A stretch of 15,898 nt of DNA from Pyrinomonadaceae bacterium (GCA_035644995.1 DASQNL010000652.1:1-15898); one strand, 5' to 3'. Counted from the stretch's first letter, positions 6,836 to 14,704 are shown. The notes: generated by a model not told the origin, from the sequence alone. Numbers and translations: made by a program.

Positions 6836-7044
6836 ACTACAGGGAAGTGGCGGCGAAACTGCGTGCGCTCGGTTGCGTAGAGATTCCGCGCCGGAGCGGC
6901 GGGTCACACCGGAAATGGCACAACCCGCGGAAGCAAAAGATCGCGCCCGTGCCGGATTGGGGTAACAAAAGCCTGAAACTCGGAACCATCCGCGCTATCG
7001 TGCGGCAACCGGATTTAGATTGGGAGGCATTCAAAAATGCCTGA
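6832..7044 (+). CDS. hicA: HicA-family mRNA interferase toxin, 70 aa
   Basis: The translation MNYREVAAKLRALGCVEIPRRSGGSHRKWHNP...PVPDWGNKSLKLGTIRAIVRQ carries the HicA GSH motif and dsRBD-like layout. I placed the start at ATG 6832, overlapping the hicB stop by 4 nt, not at 6799. Confidence 0.85.
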   Translation: MNYREVAAKLRALGCVEIPRRSGGSHRKWHNPRKQKIAPVPDWGNKSLKLGTIRAIVRQPDLDWEAFKNA

Positions 7045-7082
7045 GCAGATAGTTTGAGGAAGTTTTACCGGAAGGAAGAATT

Positions 7083-8267
7083 ATGAGAGACGCAGTGATC
7101 GTATCGGCGGTGAGGACGGCGGTGGGGAAAGCGCCGAAGGGGACTTTGCGCGACACGCGGCCGGACGAGATGGGCGCGGCCGTGATTCAGGAAGCGTTGC
7201 GGCGCGCCGAGGGCGTCGAGTTGAACGAGGTCGAAGACGTGATCATGGGCTGCGCGATGCCGGAGGCGGAGCAGGGCATGAACGTGGCGCGGGCGGCGGC
7301 GATTCGCGCGGGGCTGCCGGTGGAAACTTCGGCGATGACGATCAACCGCTTCTGCTCGTCGGGGCTGCAATCAATCGCGATTGCGGCCGACCGCATCAGA
7401 ACCGGCGCGGCCGACGTGATCGTGGCAGGGGGCTTGGAGACGATGTCGCTCATCCCGATGGGCGGCCACACCATCAGGCCGAACCCTTACCTCGTCGAAC
7501 ACTACCCGGACTTTTATCTGAACATGGGACTCGCCACCGAGAACGTCGCGCGCAAGTATGAAGTGTCGCGCGCGGAGCAGGACGAGTTCTCCTATCAGTC
7601 GCACAGCCGCGCGGCGGCGGCGCAGGACGCGGGCAAGTTCGACGACGAGATCGTGCCGCTCAAAATCGTGTTTGAAGAGTTGGACGAGCGCGGGCGTAAA
7701 CAGCGGCGCGAGGCGACGTTCGAGCGCGACGAGGGCGTGAGGCGCGACACTTCGGCGGAGAGCCTGTCGAAGTTGCGGCCGGCGTTTCACGCGCAGGGGA
7801 CGATCACGGCGGGCAACGCGTCGCAGATGTCGGACGGGGCGGCGGCCGTGGTCGTGATGTCCGGCGAGCGAGCGCGCGCTTTGGGCTTGAGGCTGATGGC
7901 GCGCTTCGTGGCCTACGCCACCGCCGGATGCCCGCCCGAAGAGATGGGCATCGGGCCGGTCTACGCGATTCCGAAGGTCTTGAAGATCGCGGGGCTGACG
8001 CAAGATCAAATCGACGTGATCGAACTCAACGAAGCCTTCGCCGCGCAATCGCTCGCCGTCATCCGCACGCTCTCGCTCGACCCGGAAAAAGTGAACGTCA
8101 ACGGCGGAGCCATCGCGCTCGGCCACCCGCTCGGCTGCACGGGCGCGAAGCTGACCGCGACCGCCCTGCGCGAACTCGCACGCCGCGGCGGCCGCTACGC
8201 GATGGTGACGATGTGCGTCGGCGGCGGCATGGGCGCGGCGGGCATTTTCGAGAGGCTCGAAAATTAG
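7083..8267 (+). CDS. fadA: Acetyl-CoA C-acyltransferase (3-ketoacyl-CoA thiolase), 394 aa
   Basis: The N-terminus [20 protein letters not shown] is classic. The active-site Cys region is [13 protein letters not shown]-terminal motifs are [25 protein letters not shown] and [17 protein letters not shown] is GGAAGGAAG. Confidence 0.95.
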   Translation: MRDAVIVSAVRTAVGKAPKGTLRDTRPDEMGAAVIQEALRRAEGVELNEVEDVIMGCAMPEAEQGMNVARAAAIRAGLPVETSAMTINRFCSSGLQSIAIAADRIRTGAADVIVAGGLETMSLIPMGGHTIRPNPYLVEHYPDFYLNMGLATENVARKYEVSRAEQDEFSYQSHSRAAAAQDAGKFDDEIVPLKIVFEELDERGRKQRREATFERDEGVRRDTSAESLSKLRPAFHAQGTITAGNASQMSDGAAAVVVMSGERARALGLRLMARFVAYATAGCPPEEMGIGPVYAIPKVLKIAGLTQDQIDVIELNEAFAAQSLAVIRTLSLDPEKVNVNGGAIALGHPLGCTGAKLTATALRELARRGGRYAMVTMCVGGGMGAAGIFERLEN

Positions 8268-8347
8268 TTTCAGGTTTCGAGTTTCAAGTTTCAGGACTGA
8301 GGTTCCGAGGCTTTCAAACTTGAAACTTGAAACCTGAAACTTGAAAC
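8267..8347 (+). repeat. Heptamer-array hairpin element, copy 2: GTTTCAG GTTTCGA GTTTCAA GTTTCAG, 25-nt loop, TTGAAAC TTGAAAC CTGAAAC TTGAAAC
   Basis: Read directly: left array 8267-8294, loop 8295-8319 (GACTGAGGTTCCGAGGCTTTCAAAC), right array 8320-8347. The first G is the G of the fadA TAG stop codon. Confidence 0.9.
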
Positions 8348-8373
8348 TTTATTCCGACTTAAAGGAGCAAATT

Positions 8374-10152
8374 ATGTCAGCCGTGGTCGAAGAGAAAAAG
8401 ATAATCGCGGGCGGCAGCTTCCTCATCGAGGAGCGCACGCCGGAAGAGGTGTTCACGCCGGAGGATTTCACGGACGAGCACCGCATGATCGCGGAGACGA
8501 CGCGCGAGTTCATGGACAATGAAGTGCGCCCGGCGACGGACGAGTTGGAGCGGCACAACTGGCAACTCGCGCGCGAGTTGATCCGCAAGTCGGCGGAGTT
8601 GGGGATGGTCGGCGTCAACATTCCCGAAGAATACGGCGGCCTCGGACTCGACCAGACGAGCGGCGCGATTGTCGGCGAACTGCTCGGACGCTCGGCCAGT
8701 TTTGCGACGACGCTCGGCGCGCAGAGCGGCATCGGCCTGACGCCCATCCTCTACTTCGGCACGGAAGCGGCGAAGCAAAAGTACTTGCCGCGCATCGCTT
8801 CGGGCGAGATGGTGTCGGCTTACGCGTTGACGGAAGCCGGGTCGGGTTCGGACGCGATGGCGGCCAAAGCCACGGCGCGCCTCAGCGCGGACGGCACGCA
8901 CTACATCTTGAACGGCGAGAAGATGTGGATCACGAACGGCGGCTTCGCCGACGTGTTCATCGTCTTCGCCAAGCTCGACGGCGACAAGTTCAGCGGCTTC
9001 ATCGTCGAACGGCAGGAAGGACTGACGAACGGCGCGGACGAGCACAAGATGGGCATCAAAGGATCGAGCACGACCGCGCTCATCCTGTCGGATGCGAAAA
9101 CGCCGGTGGAGAACCTGCTTGGCGAGGAAGGACGCGGCGCGAAGATCGCGTTCAATATTTTGAACATCGGCCGCTTCAAGCTGGGCGCGATGTGTAGCGG
9201 CGGGATGAAGTTGATGCTGCACGAGGCGGTGCGCTACGCGAACGAGCGGCAACAGTTCGGCCGCCCGATCTCTTCGTTCGGCGCGATCAAGTCGAAGCTG
9301 GCGGAGATGGCGATCAGGACGTGGGTGGGCGAGTCGATGGTCTACCGGACGCTCGGCCTCATCGAAACGGCGACGAGCGGCGAGACGGAGGCGGAGGCCA
9401 AACTGCGCGGCATCGAGGAGTATGCGGCGGAGTGTTCGATCATCAAGGTCGCGCTCTCCGAGTATTGCGATTTCGTCGCCGACGAGATGGTGCAGATTTA
9501 CGGCGGCTACGGCTACTCGGCCGACTATCCGGCCGAGCGCGCCTACCGCGACTCGCGCATCAACCGCATCTTCGAGGGCACGAACGAGATCAATCGCATG
9601 TTGATTCCCGGTCGCATGATGAAAAGCGCAATGTCGGGGCGGCTCGCGCTCCTGCCCGCCGCGCAGAAGTTGATGGACGAAGTGTTGTCGCCGTCGCTCG
9701 CGTCGTTTGAAGAGGACGAGGGCGTGCTCGCCGCCGAGATGAAACTCGCGCGGAACGCGAAGAAGGTCGCGCTGATGACTCTGGGCACGGCGGCGCAGAA
9801 GTACATGGCGAAACTCGCCGACGAGCAGGAGATTCTGATGGGCGTGGCGGACATCACGATGGACGTGTACGCGATGGAATCGGCCATCCTGCGCGCGCAG
9901 AAACTCGCGGCGAAGCGGGGCGAAACGGCCGCCGCGCGTTACATCGAGATGGTGCAGGTCTTCTGCAACGACGCCGTGCAACGCATCGAAGCGCGCGCCA
10001 AGAACACGCTCGCCGCCATGAGCGAAGGCGACGAACTGCGGACGCTCCTCGCCGCCCTGCGCCGCTTCACCAAGCAGACCCCGGTCAACACGGTCGCCGC
10101 CCGTCAGGCGATAGCCGACGTGCTGATCAAGGCGAACAAGTACGCCTACTGA
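8374..10152 (+). CDS. fadE: Acyl-CoA dehydrogenase, long form with C-terminal extension (FadE-type), ~592 aa
   Basis: ACAD N-terminal, middle and C-terminal domains are recognisable (YALTEAGSGSDA, MWITNGGFADVFIVFAK, QFGRPISSFGAIKSKLAEM, QIYGGYGYSADYPAERAYRDSRINRIFEGTNEINR). I took the start at ATG 8374 behind AAAGGAG (8361-8367). The TTG at 8341 lies inside the heptamer array. Confidence 0.93.
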   Translation: MSAVVEEKKIIAGGSFLIEERTPEEVFTPEDFTDEHRMIAETTREFMDNEVRPATDELERHNWQLARELIRKSAELGMVGVNIPEEYGGLGLDQTSGAIVGELLGRSASFATTLGAQSGIGLTPILYFGTEAAKQKYLPRIASGEMVSAYALTEAGSGSDAMAAKATARLSADGTHYILNGEKMWITNGGFADVFIVFAKLDGDKFSGFIVERQEGLTNGADEHKMGIKGSSTTALILSDAKTPVENLLGEEGRGAKIAFNILNIGRFKLGAMCSGGMKLMLHEAVRYANERQQFGRPISSFGAIKSKLAEMAIRTWVGESMVYRTLGLIETATSGETEAEAKLRGIEEYAAECSIIKVALSEYCDFVADEMVQIYGGYGYSADYPAERAYRDSRINRIFEGTNEINRMLIPGRMMKSAMSGRLALLPAAQKLMDEVLSPSLASFEEDEGVLAAEMKLARNAKKVALMTLGTAAQKYMAKLADEQEILMGVADITMDVYAMESAILRAQKLAAKRGETAAARYIEMVQVFCNDAVQRIEARAKNTLAAMSEGDELRTLLAALRRFTKQTPVNTVAARQAIADVLIKANKYAY

Positions 10153-10156
10153 AAAG

Positions 10157-10191
10157 CGGAAGACAGGAGACAGAAAACAGGAGTCAGAATG
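10157..10191 (+). repeat. Left heptamer array flanking the four-helix-bundle gene: CGGAAGA CAGGAGA CAGAAAA CAGGAGT CAGAATG
   Basis: Period-7 pattern read directly. The fourth unit provides the AGGAG Shine-Dalgarno and the fifth unit contains the ATG (10189). Confidence 0.8.
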
Positions 10192-10557
10192 GAACGTTTG
10201 CCTGCGCGTACTTTTCAAGACTTGATCGTGTGGCAGAAAGCGCACGAGTTTGTTTTGGGGGCGTACCACCTGAGTAAAAACTTTCCGCGAGAAGAGCTTT
10301 ATGGCCTGACTTCGCAATTCAGGCGTGCCGCCGTTTCGATACCGGCGAATATCGCGGAGGGTTTCAAGAAGAAAGGCTCTAGTGATAAGGCGCGGTTCAT
10401 GAACATCGCACAAGGCTCTTTAGAAGAATGTCGCTATTACCTGATCCTGACAAACGATCTTGGCTACGGCGATACAAGACAACACATGCAGCAACTTGAA
10501 GAGGTCAGCAAACTTCTCGCGAGTTACATCTCCGCGATTAAAACTTCTGACTTCTGA
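10189..10557 (+). CDS. Four-helix-bundle protein (23S rRNA intervening-sequence protein family; Avd-like), 122 aa
   Basis: Strong family signature: FQDLIVWQKAHEFVLGAYHLSKNFPREELYGLTSQFRRAAVSIPANIAEGFKKK...FMNIAQGSLEECRYYLILTNDLGY. G+C is lower than in the neighbours. Confidence 0.9.
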   Translation: MERLPARTFQDLIVWQKAHEFVLGAYHLSKNFPREELYGLTSQFRRAAVSIPANIAEGFKKKGSSDKARFMNIAQGSLEECRYYLILTNDLGYGDTRQHMQQLEEVSKLLASYISAIKTSDF

Positions 10558-10577
10558 CTTCTGTATCCTGTATTCGC
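10543..10577 (+). repeat. Right heptamer array flanking the four-helix-bundle gene: ACTTCTG ACTTCTG ACTTCTG TATCCTG TATTCGC
   Basis: Read directly. Its reverse complement (GCGAATA CAGGATA CAGAAGT CAGAAGT CAGAAGT) is an imperfect match to the left array. It encodes the last codons (T S D F stop) of the four-helix-bundle gene and ends 1 nt before the MBL ATG. Confidence 0.8.
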
Positions 10578-10578
10578 C

Positions 10579-11544
10579 ATGCGCATCATCCCCATCTCGC
10601 TGCCGACGCCGTTTTACATCGGGCCGGTCAACGTCTACTTGATCGCGGAAGACCCGGTGACATTGATTGACACGGGGCCGAAGACGCCGGAAGCGTTAGA
10701 GGCTCTGCGCGAGGGGTTGAGGCGGGCGCGCTTTCGCGTCTTAGACGTAAAGCGCATCGTCCTGACGCACGCCCACGAGGATCATTGCGGGCTGGCGAAA
10801 CGCCTGCGCGACGAGGCGAAGGATGCGGAAGTGCTCGTCCACGGGTGGGAGACGGGGCATCGCCAGGGGCGTCTCGAATATGAGGAGCACCGCGCGCTGC
10901 TGGTGCGCGCCGGGGTGCCGGGCGAAGAAATCGAGGGGATGCGGCGCATGTATGAGGGCGTGCGCCGGTATGCGGACGCGCTCGAAGACGAGGAACACAA
11001 GGAACTGACGGACAACTCGGAGTTGGAGTTTGAGACCGGCGCGCTGCGCGTGGTGCATACGCCGGGACACACGCCGGGGTCGTGCTCGTTCGTGCGCGAG
11101 GCCGACCGGACGATCATCGCCGGCGACTGCGTGTTGAAACGCGTGACGCCGAACCCGGTGCTCTCGCCCGACCCGGTAGACCCTTCGCGCAGATTTCCGT
11201 CGCTCGCCGAATACCTCGTGAGCCTGGCGCGTTTGCGCGCGTTCGCGCCGACGCTCGTTCACGGCGGGCACGGCGAGGCGGTGGAGGATTTCGAGGAGTT
11301 GTTCACGCGCTACCTGCGGGCGATCCGGGAGCGGCAAGCGGAGGTGGCGCGCCTCGTGCCGAAAACGGGCGCGAGCGCGTGGGAGGTGGCGCGCGAGATG
11401 TTTCCGGGAACGGAGGACGTGCATCGCTTCCTCGCCGTGTCGGAGGTGGTGGCGCATCTCGATCTGGCGCACGCGGAGAATAAACTCGCGTTGGAGATGA
11501 CGGCCGACGGGCGGGAGATTTATCGTAAGTCGGCGGGCGGCTGA
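10579..11544 (+). CDS. MBL-fold metallo-hydrolase, 321 aa
   Basis: The HxHxDH motif is in LTHAHEDHCG. Downstream are VHTPGHTPGS and a GD motif. The N-terminus GPVNVYLI...TLIDTG is typical of beta-lactamase-fold hydrolases. No clear SD, so the start is somewhat uncertain. Confidence 0.85.
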   Translation: MRIIPISLPTPFYIGPVNVYLIAEDPVTLIDTGPKTPEALEALREGLRRARFRVLDVKRIVLTHAHEDHCGLAKRLRDEAKDAEVLVHGWETGHRQGRLEYEEHRALLVRAGVPGEEIEGMRRMYEGVRRYADALEDEEHKELTDNSELEFETGALRVVHTPGHTPGSCSFVREADRTIIAGDCVLKRVTPNPVLSPDPVDPSRRFPSLAEYLVSLARLRAFAPTLVHGGHGEAVEDFEELFTRYLRAIRERQAEVARLVPKTGASAWEVAREMFPGTEDVHRFLAVSEVVAHLDLAHAENKLALEMTADGREIYRKSAGG

Positions 11545-11613
11545 AGAGTGTGCGCGGGCGCGCGATGCCGCCGCAGGCTCAGATCGAAGCGGCGCAAACG
11601 CGAGTTGAAATTA

Positions 11614-11658
11614 AACCGGCCGCCGTTCGTCAGGTTGAATGACGGACGGCGGCCGGTT
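11614..11658. terminator. Bidirectional intrinsic-terminator-like hairpin between convergent genes
   Basis: AACCGGCCGCCGTTCGTCA (11614-11632), 7-nt loop GGTTGAA, then TGACGGACGGCGGCCGGTT (11640-11658). This is a 19-bp stem with one T/G position. On the minus strand it is followed by TTTAATTTC. On the plus strand it is followed by CGGTTT, a weaker U-tract. Confidence 0.6.
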
Positions 11659-11729
11659 CGGTTTAGCGGAAAAGCCCTGCGGCGTTCCGGCGGATGAGAA
11701 TGCGGGCGGGCGTTAGCGCGCCGCCGCGT

Positions 11730-13664
11730 CTATTGGTTGCCCTTGGCAACGCGGCTTTTGCTGCGCGTCGCCTGAGCCTTGGTGGCGCTGACGGGCGGAG
11801 CCGGAACCGCCGTCAGGGCTTCGACGTTGACGAAGAAGCGGAACGAGCCGTTCTGTTCCACGCCAAGCAGGAACTGCAAGTTGACGCTCGCGCCCGCCGG
11901 AAGCTGATTAGCCAGCGTGACGGTACCGGCCGAGAGCGTGGAGTTGAAGCCGCCGCCGTTCGGTTGGCCGAGCGCGTCCGTTTCAAGCGTGGTGCCCTGG
12001 ATAGTGGTCTGCGGGCTGGCGTTGTCGGAGCAGAGGTGCGGCGTGCCGTTCTCACTCTGGCAGGTCGCAGTGATAGACGAAGAAGTGATCGCCCGCAGGT
12101 CGGCCGTGCCCAACAGCGAGGGGAAGGTGGTGATGTCCACGATGCGGAAGCGCAGGCGGGTCACGCTCGCGCCCGTGTTGTTGGTGAAGCGGCGGCGGAT
12201 CGAGAGCGTGCCCGTCGAAGTGGGAGACGAGCCGAAGCCCGAACCCGCATTCGTGCGACGCTCGAAGCGGCACGCGCTCGGCAGCGCCGGGTTGACGGCG
12301 ATGCCGGTGCATTGCGTGTCCACGAGCGACGCCTTGATCTCGGCGTTGCGCTGCGTGGGCGACGAGAGATTTTCGGGGCCGGGCGCGCCGAGCCGCTGGC
12401 ACCGGAAGTTAATCGTCGAGCTGCACAAGTTCGTGCCGTTGATGTCGGCGGTCTGGAAGTCCGTCTCGTTGTTATTGGTGTCGAGCGGCATGCCGCTCTG
12501 CGCGTTGCGGAAGAGGCTGAAGTTGACGCCGGGGTTCCCACTCAGGACAGCCGAGAACGGGGGGTAGCCCGTGCCTTCGACGTAAATGGGGTTGGTCTCG
12601 GCGGTCGAGCCGACGGCGTCGAGGCGGTTGGCGAGCGTGAAACTCGCCTGAACCGACGTGTTGAAAATGGCGATCCCGGCGTTCGCGGGGATGTTCTCGT
12701 TCAGGGTGTTGTCGCCCGTGGCCGTCGTGCCGTTGCCCGCCGGGTACGCGCTGCCGCTGAAAGAGCCGGTGCATGCGCCGCCGCCGTTATTGACGGCGAG
12801 ATAGTGGCCGCGCGCCGGGATGTTCGTGCCGTTCGGGATAGTGAACAACACGTTGCCGTTCGAGTGCGCGACGGCAAAGCCGGTCGTGCCGGCTTCGAGC
12901 GACTGCACCGTGAATGTGCTGTTCGACGGGTTGTAAATCTCGACGAACTCGTCGCACGTGCCGGTCGGCCCGAAGGTGCGGAACTCGCTGATCAGAAGCA
13001 TCGTTCCGGTGAGCGAATTGCGCGGGGTCGGAGCGGCGGCGGTGAAATCCAGATTGTTGTTATCGGTGTCCACGCTGCCGCCGCCGTTACGAATATCGGC
13101 GGTGGTGGTCGAGGGGGCGGGCGCGGGGCCTGCCCCTTCAAAGCAGTTGGCGGTCGAGCCGTAGCCGACGAAGTCTCTGACCTGTGAGGGAGTGGCCGGG
13201 CAGCCGGCCGCCGTCAGCGTGACCGGGGTGGTGGTGTTGGCGAGAAAAACTTTGCCCGCCGTCGCGCTCATGGCTATCGTGCCGGTCGTGTTCGGCGTCG
13301 GGAGCGCGAGCGTGCCGTTCGCGCTGAATGACTCGGCGACCAGATAATACTGTCCCGGTTGGAGCGTGAAGTTCGTCAGCGGTGTGATCGCGCTCGCGGC
13401 GTTGGCGATTGTCGTGCCCGTGGCGGAGCTGTATTGCACCGAGAGGCCGTTCAGCGAAACGGGGGTCGTGCCCCGGTTGTAGATTTCGATGAAGTCGTTT
13501 TTGTAAGTGGAGCAGTTGGCCGTGCCGCACCCCGCCCCGCCGTAAATCTGGCTGATGACGAGATCGGGGCTGCCCTGTGCATAGGCAACTTGCGAAGCCG
13601 AGAACGCGAAGCCCAGCGCGAGCGTCGCGAGAGCAAAAGTATAGAATCTACGAAGGGGTTGCAT
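11730..13664 (-). CDS. Secreted protein with two lamin-tail-domain (LTD) modules and an uncharacterised C-terminal domain, 644 aa
   Basis: A signal peptide ends ..ASQVAYAQG. LTD 1 (LVISQIYGGAGCG...YKNDFIEIYNRGTTPVSLNGLSVQYSSATG...DFVGYGSTANCFEGAGPAP...DTDNNNLDF) resembles the N-terminal module of ExeM/NucH-type extracellular nucleases. LTD 2 reads LLISEFRTFGP...DEFVEIYNPSN...DTNNNETDF. AGGAGA RBS is on the minus strand (13672-13679). Confidence 0.85.
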   Translation of the reverse strand: MQPLRRFYTFALATLALGFAFSASQVAYAQGSPDLVISQIYGGAGCGTANCSTYKNDFIEIYNRGTTPVSLNGLSVQYSSATGTTIANAASAITPLTNFTLQPGQYYLVAESFSANGTLALPTPNTTGTIAMSATAGKVFLANTTTPVTLTAAGCPATPSQVRDFVGYGSTANCFEGAGPAPAPSTTTADIRNGGGSVDTDNNNLDFTAAAPTPRNSLTGTMLLISEFRTFGPTGTCDEFVEIYNPSNSTFTVQSLEAGTTGFAVAHSNGNVLFTIPNGTNIPARGHYLAVNNGGGACTGSFSGSAYPAGNGTTATGDNTLNENIPANAGIAIFNTSVQASFTLANRLDAVGSTAETNPIYVEGTGYPPFSAVLSGNPGVNFSLFRNAQSGMPLDTNNNETDFQTADINGTNLCSSTINFRCQRLGAPGPENLSSPTQRNAEIKASLVDTQCTGIAVNPALPSACRFERRTNAGSGFGSSPTSTGTLSIRRRFTNNTGASVTRLRFRIVDITTFPSLLGTADLRAITSSSITATCQSENGTPHLCSDNASPQTTIQGTTLETDALGQPNGGGFNSTLSAGTVTLANQLPAGASVNLQFLLGVEQNGSFRFFVNVEALTAVPAPPVSATKAQATRSKSRVAKGNQ

Positions 13665-14029
13665 TGAAACAATTCTCCTGAGAAAGTTTGGCAGTTGAAA
13701 TGGAAAGTTGCCTAAGAGCAGCTTGTGGCCTGGTTCGTCGTTTGTGTTCGCGCGTGGGCGGGAGTCGTTTAACTAACGCCTTGTGATTCGGATCGCTGCT
13801 TAAATAAAATTCGGTGGAAACGAATTTCCATAGGCGTTGCGAGAATAAGACAGACGGCCGCGCGCGGTCAACTCTAACGCCCCGTGTTTCTGTTAAATCT
13901 TTTACCCGAACCCACCGCCCGCGCACGCCGCCGTCGCCTCAGCGCGTTTCGCCGCCTGCTGAAACTTTTTGCTCCCGCCTTCCATCTACCATACCAGTAA
14001 GAACGCGCACGCGCGGGCGGCGCGGCCGA

Positions 14030-14575
14030 TCACTTGACGACTTCAAACTCGAAGTAGATGGTCTTGCCGCGAATCACGTAGCAGAGGTAAGTCTCCCAAA
14101 AGCGGCGGAGGAAGCGCAAGGACGGGTAGCGGTTGGAGAGGTTGACGAGAAATTCTATGCCGAGCGCGCGCCAGAGTTTGAGGAGCGTGACGCGGACGAC
14201 GCGGGGGCGCAAAGTGACATCGCTGTAGAAGGCGAAGTCGGGGCGTTTGCCCGTGAAGTAGGCGAAGGATTCGGTCGTCAGGTGATGCCGGTGCGTGGGG
14301 TCTGTGTAGGAGGCGATGTCGGAGTAGTGGGGCGTGTCGAGGCGGATGAGGCCGCCGGGCTTCGTGATGCGGTGCAACTCCGCGACGACGGCCAGCACGT
14401 CGTCGATGTGTTCGATGACCTGATTGCCGACGATCACGTCGAACTCGTTATCGGGAAAAGGATAGGGCACGGCGTCGAGGTCGTGAATCACGTCGGCGTG
14501 CGTTTTCGGGTTGCTGTCGAGGCCGATGCTGCCGGGCGTCTTCTTGATGCCGCAGCCGATGTCGAGAATTTTCAT
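14030..14575 (-). CDS. Class I SAM-dependent methyltransferase, 181 aa
   Basis: Motif I is MKILDIGCG, followed by FDVIVGNQVIEHIDD and LHRITKPGGLI. I chose the ATG at 14575. The track start at 14782 would add a low-complexity extension overlapping the divergent PDZ gene. No clear SD, so the start confidence is moderate. Confidence 0.78.
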   Translation of the reverse strand: MKILDIGCGIKKTPGSIGLDSNPKTHADVIHDLDAVPYPFPDNEFDVIVGNQVIEHIDDVLAVVAELHRITKPGGLIRLDTPHYSDIASYTDPTHRHHLTTESFAYFTGKRPDFAFYSDVTLRPRVVRVTLLKLWRALGIEFLVNLSNRYPSLRFLRRFWETYLCYVIRGKTIYFEFEVVK

Positions 14576-14704
14576 CGCGGAGAAATTAACCCAAGTGCGC
14601 GTGCCCGCGCAAAATACGGGCGCGTTCGCGCGGCGCAAAATTTTCGGAACCACGCGGCCTGCGCCTCGTGAAATTGCCAGAAATCTCTCTCGGAGGATTG
14701 ATTT

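Noticed and set aside
8341-8373. TTG start at 8341 for fadE, as listed in the ORF track
   Set aside because: It lies inside the last heptamer of the hairpin. A good AAAGGAG RBS precedes the in-frame ATG at 8374.
8377-10413. 678-aa minus-strand ORF antisense to fadE and the four-helix-bundle gene
   Set aside because: It is an Arg/Ala/Gly/His-rich low-complexity translation with no recognisable motifs. It fully overlaps strongly supported plus-strand genes. Long open antisense frames are expected at about 65% G+C.
11694-13187. 497-aa plus-strand ORF antisense to the LTD gene, plus 11917-12567 and smaller ones
   Set aside because: The translation is Arg/Ala/Gly-rich with no motifs. The minus-strand frame has a signal peptide, an RBS and two clear LTD modules.
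13689-13712. Sigma54-like TGGCAG...TTGC on the plus strand
   Set aside because: The spacing between the GG and GC elements is far too long for a -24/-12 promoter. The orientation also points antisense into the methyltransferase, with no gene to drive.
13814-14671. 285-aa plus-strand ORF overlapping the methyltransferase
   Set aside because: It is antisense to a frame with a clear SAM-binding motif I (ILDIGCG). It has no RBS, and its N-terminal part lies in the non-coding gap.
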